Assembly (NCBI GenBank): GCA_964626595.1 | Contig: CAZVFU010000005.1 | Location: 4,892-68,891, forward strand | DNA: 64,000 nt | Origin: an uncultured Saprospiraceae bacterium | GTDB lineage: Bacteria > Bacteroidota > Bacteroidia > Chitinophagales > Saprospiraceae | Reading direction: 5' to 3' | Shown here: positions 37,641 through 45,896 of the stretch, piece after piece | How the letters are laid out: every line of letters begins with the position of its first letter | Position numbering within the stretch: the stretch's first letter is position 1 | The notes under the pieces: model-generated | The model's input: the letters and a program-made list of their open reading frames with translations, nothing else | Told to the model about the DNA's origin: nothing | Database searches by the model: none | Program-made: the position numbers and the translations under genes

Positions 37641-38603
37641 ATGAATCATCCATTTGAACATCTCGAGTCTGTTTATTGGGTTTTTACACAGCTCTGTAAT
37701 GACGAATGCGACCATTGCTATAATAGCTCTGGTCCCCAAGGAGAGCGCATATCCCAGGAGGACTGCTTCAAAATTATTGATCACTTACCCCCATCTATGG
37801 ACCGTCTCATACTATCTGGTGGAGAGCCACTGGCGGACCGGAAGAAACTCTACGCCATTTTGGATCGCCTGGAGGAGAAGTATCAGGGGGAAGTCGAAAT
37901 TATGCTCCAGACCAACGGGGACCTATTAAATCCTGAACGCTTAGATACCTTGATCGATAAAGGTGTGACGCGTTTTGATATTGCGAGTATCGATCGATAC
38001 CATAAGCATGCAGGTGGCCGACTCATGGAATTAAGCGATCTTTTTGAAGCAGCAGGTGTAGATGGTCAGGATTCAGATCCCTTAATTGACAAAGAGAATT
38101 ATGTGAAAAATAAGAGATTGAGTTGGGGGTATTGGGGCGCCTCCGAAGATATGTGGCTCGGCGGAAATTGGGCACGTGGCCGGGCTCTGGAAAAGGATAA
38201 TTGGATGCGCGATCCCGATCATAACTTCTGTGCCATTTTATCCGGCGCTCGAAATTTCCTCGGTGGGTATGATGACATACCTCAGGAAATTAGCATACAG
38301 CTTTGGAAAATTAATCCCTGCTGCCCCGGCACGCTGTTCCCTATGGGTGATGCTCGGAAAGACTACATCCCCGATGTCCTCCTAAATGTCAGTAAACATC
38401 CTGTCTTTCAGGCACTGCAAAAAGGAGAACCCTGGGAAATGGGAAAACACCTGGGCATTTCTCGACAGGAAGCCAAAGTAAAAACCCAAGCTGTTGAAAA
38501 CATTTGTCTGTATTGCGACCAGTTTTTTCAAGAAAATATGCAAGATTGGAATACGGGTACATTTACACCACTACCTGTAGTTAATCCTTCTTCAGCAGAT
38601 TAA
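37641..38603 (+). CDS. Radical SAM enzyme, subfamily unassigned, with a Cys-containing C-terminal domain
   Basis: 320 aa. The CxxxCxxC motif (CNDECDHC) spans residues 19-26, followed by SGGEPL and MLQTNGDLL motifs. Five further Cys lie in the C-terminal half (NFC, INPCCPG, CLYC). It has no signal peptide and starts 12 nt after the TonB-dependent receptor stop. Confidence 0.85.
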   Translation: MNHPFEHLESVYWVFTQLCNDECDHCYNSSGPQGERISQEDCFKIIDHLPPSMDRLILSGGEPLADRKKLYAILDRLEEKYQGEVEIMLQTNGDLLNPERLDTLIDKGVTRFDIASIDRYHKHAGGRLMELSDLFEAAGVDGQDSDPLIDKENYVKNKRLSWGYWGASEDMWLGGNWARGRALEKDNWMRDPDHNFCAILSGARNFLGGYDDIPQEISIQLWKINPCCPGTLFPMGDARKDYIPDVLLNVSKHPVFQALQKGEPWEMGKHLGISRQEAKVKTQAVENICLYCDQFFQENMQDWNTGTFTPLPVVNPSSAD

Positions 38604-38719
38604 CGCAAGTACCATACAAATCTTAGCTCCGCTATTGTGCGCTTTATGTTATACTGAAATGAAAAAGGAGCTGGTTTCTGTACTTCATTTCTTATATTAG
38701 CGTCCCAAATAAGATAATT

Positions 38720-39700
38720 ATGGCAAGAGAAATAGCACTACGAGACGCGATTCGCGAAGGAATGTCCGAAGAAATGAGAAATGATGAGAACGTATTTCTC
38801 ATGGGAGAAGAAGTGGCCGAATATAATGGTGCATATAAGGTAAGTAAGGGAATGTTGGATGAGTTTGGCGCCCGGCGAGTTATTGATACACCGATAGCCG
38901 AATTGGGTTTTGCGGGTATTGGAGTAGGAGCCGCCATGAATGGCCTGCGTCCCATCGTAGAATTTATGACCTGGAACTTTGCCGTTTTAGCCTTTGATCA
39001 GGTCATCAATAATGCGGCGAAGACTTTGTCCCAATCTGCTGGCGAATTTACATGTCCTATCGTATTTCGTGGCCCATCTGGTGCTGCAGGGCAGCTGGCT
39101 CAGCAGCACAGTCAGACCTTCGAGAGTTGGTTGGCTAATACTCCGGGACTCAAAGTGGTGTCATGCATTGATCCCTATGACGCCAAGGGTCTGATCAAAT
39201 CTGCGATTCGCGATGAAGATCCCGTTTGTATGATGGAAAGTGAGCAGTTTTACGGTCTCAAGGGAGATGTGCCGGAAGAGGATTATACCGTGCCCATTGG
39301 AAAGGCCGCCATTCGTCGGGAGGGATCCGATGTGACCCTTGTTTCCTACAACAAAATGATGCTCGAAACATTAGCGGCAGCCGAAGAATTAGCCAAAGAA
39401 GGAATTGAAGCCGAAGTGATCGATCTTCGCACGATTCGCCCCCTCGATTACCATACGCTCGTAGATTCATTGAAAAAAACGAATCGCATGGTCGTAGTAG
39501 ACGAGTCATGGCCATTTGCCGGAGTATCTAGTGAGATTGCTTACGAGATGCAAAAATATGCTTTTGATCATCTTGATGCGCCTATAACCCGCATTAATTC
39601 TGCTGACACCTCCCTTCCTTACGCACCCACATTGGTTGACGAATATTTGCCTAATCCGGAAAAAATCATCAAGGGAGTCAAGGAAGTTCTTTATCTATAG
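38720..39700 (+). CDS. 2-oxoacid (pyruvate/acetoin/branched-chain) dehydrogenase E1 component, beta subunit
   Basis: 326 aa. It contains GEEVAEYNGAYKVSKGMLDEFG, RVIDTPIAELGFAGIGVGAAMNGLRPIVEFM and a C-terminal transketolase-like domain. No E1-alpha gene lies adjacent in this window. Confidence 0.9.
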   Translation: MAREIALRDAIREGMSEEMRNDENVFLMGEEVAEYNGAYKVSKGMLDEFGARRVIDTPIAELGFAGIGVGAAMNGLRPIVEFMTWNFAVLAFDQVINNAAKTLSQSAGEFTCPIVFRGPSGAAGQLAQQHSQTFESWLANTPGLKVVSCIDPYDAKGLIKSAIRDEDPVCMMESEQFYGLKGDVPEEDYTVPIGKAAIRREGSDVTLVSYNKMMLETLAAAEELAKEGIEAEVIDLRTIRPLDYHTLVDSLKKTNRMVVVDESWPFAGVSSEIAYEMQKYAFDHLDAPITRINSADTSLPYAPTLVDEYLPNPEKIIKGVKEVLYL

Positions 39701-39888
39701 GGTGCCTCCGGAAACTGTTTTTTGATGTCAAAATGAAAAAATACCTGCATAAGCATGACGTGATGAGGGAGCTTAGCCATAGCTAAGAGACTAAAGAACA
39801 ACGAAGCTTACGCGCATATTTTACATTTAGACCATTTCGCATGAAATGATCGTTCACACGAAAGGATAGTTTTCGGATGTACCCTATA
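39696..39888. repeat. Element of about 190 nt bounded by 23-nt imperfect inverted repeats, followed by a T-run
   Basis: The left arm TATAGGGTGCCTCCGGAAACTGT (39696-39718) overlaps the E1-beta stop codon. The right arm is ATAGTTTTCGGATGTACCCTATA (39866-39888). About 19 of 23 positions are complementary, and TTTTTTTT follows. Confidence 0.5.
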
Positions 39889-39903
39889 TTTTTTTTAATC
39901 TTT

Positions 39904-40079
39904 TGGGCGTCTCCCGGCGCCTGGAATGCGCCGGGTCAGGCTGTCCATGGGTTCCGTCCTTCTGCGAGTATTCAGCACAGGAAAGTGTGCTGAATACTCG
40001 CTTCGGACTCGCCTCCCGGTCGCTATCCGACTAAAGTCGGCGCGCCCGATCGCGACCATTCCCATCCTTGACGCAAAGG
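39904..40079 (+). repeat. GC-rich hairpin-dense intergenic element, copy C
   Basis: It starts TGGGCGTCTCC. A perfect 8-bp hairpin CCCGGCGC ctggaat GCGCCGGG (39913-39935) is followed by TCAGGCTGTCCAT and a perfect 16-bp hairpin (39964-40001). It ends CATTCCCATCCTTGACGCAAAGG. Confidence 0.6.
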
Positions 40080-40408
40080 TTTGAGGAAATTTTCTCCTTT
40101 AGTCTGGAATAAATGCCTTTTGGGATTCTATGCCCAAATGAAGTCCTCTCAATAAAGATTTTTCATCCGAGATGCTAGAAAAATCTTCGTACCTCGCGAA
40201 AGCTAGTATCTTACTTCGCTGTCATCATGGGGTTTAACGAGAACCTATTTGCTGTTAACTCCTCAGTATTGTTTTATACCAACTAAAGGATAATTATAGT
40301 TAACTCCGCTTTCGCAAAGCTCAACCAGATTTCCCTCTGATTTTGGGAGCCAGGACCCATTCCACTGATTTTATTTAATCTCCCTGTGATTAAATGATTG
40401 AGATTACT

Positions 40409-40416
40409 TACATTTG
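40409..40416 (+). promoter_or_regulatory. Candidate -7 promoter box (TAnnTTTG) upstream of the TonB-dependent receptor
   Basis: TACATTTG lies 26 nt before ATG 40442. Motif match only. Confidence 0.3.
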
Positions 40417-40441
40417 ATCAGGAAACACACACCCAACACCT

Positions 40442-42709
40442 ATGAGAATTATTATTATTGCCTTTATCCTATTGTGCTCCACATGGGTTTGGGCACAGGA
40501 TGCCACCATACGAGGAAATGTATATGACTCCGAGAGTGGTGAACCGATCATGTTTGGAAACGTATTAGTCCAGGGGACTTCAATAGGCGCTAACACAGAC
40601 GTAGATGGGTTTTTCTCCATTAAAACGAAGCCCGGAACATACAATATTGTATTTTCTTATCTAGGATATGACTCTACCTCTGTTGAGGTAACAGTAGAGC
40701 CTGGTGATATCGAATATGTTTCAGCAAAATTAGATCCTTCCGGTGTCCAATTATCCACGGTGGATGTCTCAGCCAAACGGGATCGTGCTCGCACTGAAGT
40801 CCAAATTTCAACTCAGCGTGTTTCACAAGAAGATATTCAATCGCTACCATCTATAGGTGGAGATGCGGATATAGCTCAATATCTCCCGGTATTACCTGGT
40901 ATTATTTTCACCGGCGATCAGGGGGGGCAGCTATATATTCGGGGAGGTTCTCCCGTCCAAAACCTGGTTTTGTTAGACGGTATGACCTTGTATAATCCCT
41001 TTCACTCCATTGGTTTATTCTCCGTATTTGAAACAGAATTGGTTCAAGATGTAGAAGTCCAATCGGCAGCCTTTAGCGCTGAATATGGAGGTCGGGTTTC
41101 TGCTGTATTAGATATCAAAACCAAAAGTGGAAATCGTAAGCGATGGGGTGGAAGTGCCGGGGTAAGCCCATTTCAGGCTAAAGTAGTTGTTGATGGCCCG
41201 CTGATCCCGCAAACAGAAGATAGGGAGTCTTCTCTCTCTCTTGTTTTTGCGGCCAAAGAGGCACTTATTGATGAGACCGATGATATTTTATACAACTATG
41301 CATTTGATTCTGTAGGTCTGCCCTTCAACTACAGAGACTTTTATGGGAAACTTTCCTACATCATAGGTAATGGATCCAAAGCGGACCTATTTGGGTTCAA
41401 TTTCACAGATCAGGTAAATTTTCCCGGTGTGGCCAACTTAGATTGGGATGCTACTGGAGGTGGTTTGAACTTTAAAGTTATTCCTTCCAGTTCAAGCTTA
41501 ATTCTTTCGGGGATCATTGCAGCCTCATCCTATGATATTAGCTTGCTTGAAACAGATGGTAATCCTCGGAACAGCAGTATAAACACCATAAATGCCAATT
41601 TGGATTTTACTTATTACGGAGGCCAAAGTGAATTCAATTATGGCGTAGGGATGAATAGCATAGGTACAGAATTTCGTTTTCAAAATTTCGCCGGTTTTAA
41701 TTTTGAGCAGGAAGATTTTAATACTGAACTATCTGGTTATCTAAAATATAAACAACAGATAGGAGACCTTATTTTGGAGCCCTCTGTACGTTTAATGTAC
41801 TATTCTTCAATTAATGAAATCACGGTTGAGCCTCGTTTCCGGTTCAAATACAACATCAGTCGAAACCTTCGATTTAAAGGTGGAGTCGGATACTACACTC
41901 AGAACTTATTAAGTACGGTGAATGATCGGGATATTGTCAATTTATTTGTTGGTTTTCTGCTCGGTCCTAAAGAGGGATTGATTGATCCCGAAACGAATTC
42001 GCGCACAGATTCCCGCTTGCAAAAGGCATGGCATTATGTAGCTGGCGTGGAATACGACATAGGCCGAAATCTTACTTTCAACCTGGAAGGATATCTCAAA
42101 TCCTTCAATCAAATGATCAATATCAATCGAAACAAATTGTCGGCTAGCGATCCCAATTATGTTGTCGAAACAGGTGAAGCGTATGGAATGGATTTTAATA
42201 TGGATTTCAAGAAAGGCAATTGGGATGTCTGGCTGACGTACTCTCTAGCATTTGTGAATCGCTTTGACGGGGAACAAACTTATCCTACTAATTTTGATCG
42301 CCGACACAACTCCAATGTGCTGATTACTTATAAGTTCGGAAATGAAAACAGTTGGGAGGTAAGTGGAAGATGGAATTTAGGAACTGGGTTTCCCTTTACC
42401 CTCACAGAAGGGTTTTATGGACGGTACAATTTTAATGACGGGCTGAATGAAGACTTAACTACGGGGAACCCTGAACTGGGAATTGTTTTTGACGATCGAA
42501 TTAATGGTGGGCGTTTACCCACTTACCATCGATTGGATCTATCTTTGAAAAAGACCTGGAAATTATCAAAGTATGGCGCTATCGAGTTAAATGTTAGTGC
42601 CACAAACGCATATAATCGTCAGAATATTTTCTTCTTTGACCGAGTCGAATACGATCGAGTGGATCAATTGCCGATTATGCCTGCAATTGGTATTACTTAT
42701 AGGTTCTAA
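40442..42709 (+). CDS. TonB-dependent receptor with an N-terminal carboxypeptidase-regulatory-like domain
   Basis: 755 aa. It has a signal peptide, a CarboxypepD_reg-like segment (ATIRGNVYDSESGEPIMFGNVLV...DGFFSI), a plug (SLPSIGGDADIAQYLPVLPGI...LYIRGGSPVQNLVLLDGMTLYNPFH), a beta-barrel and a terminal ITYRF. Confidence 0.85.
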   Translation: MRIIIIAFILLCSTWVWAQDATIRGNVYDSESGEPIMFGNVLVQGTSIGANTDVDGFFSIKTKPGTYNIVFSYLGYDSTSVEVTVEPGDIEYVSAKLDPSGVQLSTVDVSAKRDRARTEVQISTQRVSQEDIQSLPSIGGDADIAQYLPVLPGIIFTGDQGGQLYIRGGSPVQNLVLLDGMTLYNPFHSIGLFSVFETELVQDVEVQSAAFSAEYGGRVSAVLDIKTKSGNRKRWGGSAGVSPFQAKVVVDGPLIPQTEDRESSLSLVFAAKEALIDETDDILYNYAFDSVGLPFNYRDFYGKLSYIIGNGSKADLFGFNFTDQVNFPGVANLDWDATGGGLNFKVIPSSSSLILSGIIAASSYDISLLETDGNPRNSSINTINANLDFTYYGGQSEFNYGVGMNSIGTEFRFQNFAGFNFEQEDFNTELSGYLKYKQQIGDLILEPSVRLMYYSSINEITVEPRFRFKYNISRNLRFKGGVGYYTQNLLSTVNDRDIVNLFVGFLLGPKEGLIDPETNSRTDSRLQKAWHYVAGVEYDIGRNLTFNLEGYLKSFNQMININRNKLSASDPNYVVETGEAYGMDFNMDFKKGNWDVWLTYSLAFVNRFDGEQTYPTNFDRRHNSNVLITYKFGNENSWEVSGRWNLGTGFPFTLTEGFYGRYNFNDGLNEDLTTGNPELGIVFDDRINGGRLPTYHRLDLSLKKTWKLSKYGAIELNVSATNAYNRQNIFFFDRVEYDRVDQLPIMPAIGITYRF

Positions 42710-42904
42710 AGTGCGATTTTTAATATCTGAGTACAGAATTTGATAGCGTAGGCTTTTATTCTATTCCAATGCTAGAGGATAAAAGTCTCACTGGTGTTGC
42801 GAGAGCCTCAGAGTATGTTTAAGATTCGTGTAGACCAGGGAAATTCACGTCGATGTCTATCTGATTTCATGGCATGGGGTTGTGAGTTGCAATTTCGAGT
42901 ATAT

Positions 42905-42931
42905 AAAAAAAGGCCGGATTCACATCCGGCC
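42905..42931 (-). terminator. Rho-independent terminator (strong for the minus-strand gene, weak for the plus-strand receptor gene)
   Basis: The stem GGCCGGAT / ATCCGGCC (42912-42931) has a 4-nt loop. A 7-T run follows on the minus strand, but only TTT follows on the plus strand. Confidence 0.7.
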
Positions 42932-42959
42932 TTTACTATTGTGGCTATTAAAAATTCGA

Positions 42960-43595
42960 TTAATTTCTTTTAAACTCTTTTTTCACTTTTCCTTTTGTGT
43001 CAACCATACCTTCCGTCGCGTAGGCATTTCCTCGCCCATCATAATCCACCTTTTTAAGAATGGGTTTTCGATTCACCAATTTGTGAATGGTTCTGCTAAT
43101 CATAAGACGAGACTCTTTTTCTCCTGCTTTCTTACCCAAGGGCGAATTCATGGCCACTTCAAGTAATTCTGAATTAATGAGTGGCTGCTTTGCCTCATGG
43201 ATGCCTTTGATCATGATTTGATCCCATTCTCCCAATTCATGTTTTTCCCCATTCTGAGTCGTGTAAGTGAAAGTATGTGACCCTTTAGGTGGCCTCCCTG
43301 GTCCGCGACCTGAAGTCTTTTTCTTATTTGACTTCGTTTTTTTCTTCGGTTTTGCTTTTCTCTTCGAGCCCAGAGTTGATTTTTTGGCCTCTGAACTTGG
43401 TTTCGACACCACAGAAGATTTAGCCAAGTCCACGACATTTGCTATTTCATTCGAATCCAAATCCGTAAGGGATTTAGATAATGAATTAATTTGATCAGTT
43501 ATTCGATCTACCTGATACAAAAGTTGTCTTAATTCTGACTGATATTGTGTAATCAGTTTCCTTTTTTCGAATTCAGTTAATGTTATTTTCCCCAT
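42960..43595 (-). CDS. Lysine-rich putative DNA-binding protein with an AT-hook-like motif
   Basis: 211 aa. An N-terminal heptad-like helix (EFEKRKLITQYQSELRQLLYQVDRITDQINSL) is followed by a basic linker KRKAKPKKKTKSNKKKTSGRGPGRPPKG with a GRP core, then a globular C-terminal part of about 100 aa. Confidence 0.5.
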   Translation of the reverse strand: MGKITLTEFEKRKLITQYQSELRQLLYQVDRITDQINSLSKSLTDLDSNEIANVVDLAKSSVVSKPSSEAKKSTLGSKRKAKPKKKTKSNKKKTSGRGPGRPPKGSHTFTYTTQNGEKHELGEWDQIMIKGIHEAKQPLINSELLEVAMNSPLGKKAGEKESRLMISRTIHKLVNRKPILKKVDYDGRGNAYATEGMVDTKGKVKKEFKRN

Positions 43596-43861
43596 TTTTT
43601 TTATTTTGTTTGTATAAAGAGCGAATATAACATTTGTTTATTAATAATTGTTTTGCTTTGCGGGTTCTATTTTTTGAATCTCCAGTATGAGTTTTATCAT
43701 CCATTTAGCATCTGAAGTGCTTTAAATGTATAGTAATATATTTCAGTTAGACTAGGTATAAAGTACTCACTATAAAGCACTTTAATGAAGTGAAGTAGAA
43801 AATATAATGTAGGATATCAGGGTTTAAGTCAATGAGTTTACAGATATTTGCAAAAAAAACA

Positions 43862-44743
43862 ATGATTCTATTAGATGGCAAGCTAACATCGCAGAAAATT
43901 GTTCAGGATATTAAAAGTGAGGTTCAACAGCTGGCTGCAGACAACGAACGTCCACCCCATTTGGGTGCTATACTCGTAGGAGAGAATCCGGCAAGTCGTG
44001 TGTATGTTCGAAATAAAATTCGAATGTGTGATGAGGTCGGTTTCGATTCTACTGTCATTCGCTTACCCGCTCAAACTCAGGAGTCCGAATTGCTTGAAAA
44101 AGTCAATGCCTGGAATCGAGATGATTCATTAGATGGTTATATTGTCCAGCTGCCACTCCCTGATCATATTCGCGCGGATAGAATAAACTTAGCCATTGCT
44201 CCTAAAAAGGATGTGGACGGATTTCACCCACATAATGTAGGTCGAATGAGTTTAGGTCTACCTGCCTATTTGCCAGCTACACCTCAAGGCATTTTGACTC
44301 TTTTAGAACATTATCAAATCAAATTAGAAGGAAAACGGGTAGCTGTCTTAGGACGGTCTAATATTGTTGGTCGCCCGATAAGTATTCTATTATCCCAAAA
44401 TCGACCGGTCGGAAATGCTACCGTAACGGTATTGCACAGTAGATCCAAAGACACTCATTCTGAGTTGAAAAAAGCTGATGTTATTATAGCCGCCATCGGA
44501 TCCCCTAATTTTGTGACAGTCGATATGGTAAAAGAGGGGGCAATTGTTATTGATGTAGGTATTAATCGTGTTGAGGATTCGTCTCGGAAAAAGGGTTACC
44601 GCTTATGCGGGGATGTGGACTTTAATAGTGTAAAGGGAAAGGTAGATTATATTACACCTGTTCCTGGAGGGGTTGGGCCGATGACCGTTGTTTCGCTGCT
44701 CATTAACACCTTGAAAGCAGCTAAAAAAGAGGTATATGGTTAA
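43862..44743 (+). CDS. folD: Bifunctional methylenetetrahydrofolate dehydrogenase/cyclohydrolase
   Basis: It contains LLDGKLTS, VGENPASRVYVRNK, GYIVQLPLP, GRSNIVGRPISILL and TPVPGGVGPMTV. I prefer the ATG at 43862 over the track start 43832. Confidence 0.93.
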   Translation: MILLDGKLTSQKIVQDIKSEVQQLAADNERPPHLGAILVGENPASRVYVRNKIRMCDEVGFDSTVIRLPAQTQESELLEKVNAWNRDDSLDGYIVQLPLPDHIRADRINLAIAPKKDVDGFHPHNVGRMSLGLPAYLPATPQGILTLLEHYQIKLEGKRVAVLGRSNIVGRPISILLSQNRPVGNATVTVLHSRSKDTHSELKKADVIIAAIGSPNFVTVDMVKEGAIVIDVGINRVEDSSRKKGYRLCGDVDFNSVKGKVDYITPVPGGVGPMTVVSLLINTLKAAKKEVYG

Positions 44744-45569
44744 GTCGATTCCCACAGTTAAATTGAGTATCTCCAGTGATAAAATTGATTCTGACGTATC
44801 TTATTTTTTGAATCAGTTTCCATTTTTGGGCTTAGAAGAGCAAAGTGAGACCTGGATATGGTATTGGGAGGTGGAAAGCTGGGAAAACCATGGGAATGAT
44901 GTTCAGGAATATTTAAATCGGAAAAAAATCATATTCGAATCTGAGTATTTGGAGGGGGAAAATTGGAATGCGAATTGGGAGAAAAGTTTTTCTCCGGTAT
45001 TTATCGATTCATTTTGTCAAATCCGAGCTCACTTTCACAATCCTCTGGATGGGTTCGAACATGATATAGTCATAGATCCCAAGATGGCTTTTGGAACCGG
45101 GCATCACGATACCACTTATCAAATGATGGCTGCAATGGCCTTGCTGAATTTTAAGAACAGTTCGATTGTGGACCTGGGCACGGGCACAGGAGTTCTGGCT
45201 ATCCTGGCAGAAAAAATGGGAGCATCTAATATTATTGCCATCGATAACGACCCGTCTGCTATTGAAAATTCAATAGAAAACGCAAAACTCAATTCGTGTA
45301 ATAATATTGATATTCGGTTAGGAGATGTTTCTGTAGTGATGGATGAGATCGCAAAGTCTGATATTCTGCTTGCTAACATTAATCGGAATGTTCTATTAGA
45401 ATTGGAACCTGTTCTCGCTTCTGCGGCTAAGCATGGCACAGAGTTAGTTTTAAGTGGCATACTCAGGAAAGATAAACAACTTATTCTCGATCAATATGCC
45501 AATCACTGGCAGCCACAGATCCACAGCCAAAAAGGGGACTGGGTCTGTATATATGGTAAGAAATCATAA
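44736..45569 (+). CDS. prmA: Ribosomal protein L11 methyltransferase
   Basis: It has DPKMAFGTGHHDTTYQMM and the SAM motif I DLGTGTGVLAI. The start overlaps the folD stop by 8 nt (ATGGTTAA). Confidence 0.85.
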   Translation: MVKSIPTVKLSISSDKIDSDVSYFLNQFPFLGLEEQSETWIWYWEVESWENHGNDVQEYLNRKKIIFESEYLEGENWNANWEKSFSPVFIDSFCQIRAHFHNPLDGFEHDIVIDPKMAFGTGHHDTTYQMMAAMALLNFKNSSIVDLGTGTGVLAILAEKMGASNIIAIDNDPSAIENSIENAKLNSCNNIDIRLGDVSVVMDEIAKSDILLANINRNVLLELEPVLASAAKHGTELVLSGILRKDKQLILDQYANHWQPQIHSQKGDWVCIYGKKS

Positions 45570-45640
45570 AATATTGGAACTTTATTCCAATAGCAGAAGT
45601 TAATTACTTTGATAGGTTTTACCTATTCATGGGGATGAAG

Positions 45641-45673
45641 GCGCTATGGCTACAAAGCTGTAGCGCTTTTTTT
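45641..45673 (+). terminator. Probable Rho-independent terminator after prmA
   Basis: An imperfect hairpin GCGCTATGGCT...AGCTGTAGCGC is followed by TTTTTTT. Confidence 0.6.
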
Positions 45674-45896
45674 GTTGAGGTATTTGTTTTTTTACATAAC
45701 AAAGTAAGCCTATTGAGGGCTTGTAATTATAGATCCATTAGCTTTGCAAGACTCAACATTTTTTTGTTAATAAGTATTTAAAAGGAGTCAACCTTATCTT
45801 TAAATTTCATTAATTCAAGGTTCTGATGATGGCTGTTTTGACTTTGAGTGAATAAAATAACTATCAGTTGTCGTTCGGGGAACAGTGAGGTGATTT

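Noticed and set aside
37641-38603. Identifying the radical-SAM protein as ArsS (the arsenosugar radical SAM usually linked with DUF2064/TIGR04282) or as MoaA.
   Set aside because: The N-terminal motif context (CNDECDHCYNSSGP, SGGEPL) and the C-terminal half do not resemble what I recall of ArsS (DUF3641-type Cys-rich tail) or MoaA (C-terminal CxxCx13C and a GG end). I left it unassigned.
39733-39786. A 17-codon ORF (MKKYLHKHDVMRELSHS) inside the inverted-repeat-bounded unit downstream of E1-beta.
   Set aside because: It has no recognisable ribosome-binding context or conservation evidence, and an ORF this short in an AT-rich region is expected by chance.
40280-40400. Possible cobalamin riboswitch in the 360-nt leader of the TonB-dependent receptor at 40442 (GGGAGCCAGGACCCATTCCACTG contains a CCACTG reminiscent of the B12 box).
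   Set aside because: The conserved GGTG.AA.TCC element and the CCCGCCACTG core are absent. The surrounding stems are short, and the receptor carries a CarboxypepD_reg domain rather than looking BtuB-like. The resemblance is too weak without a covariance-model search.
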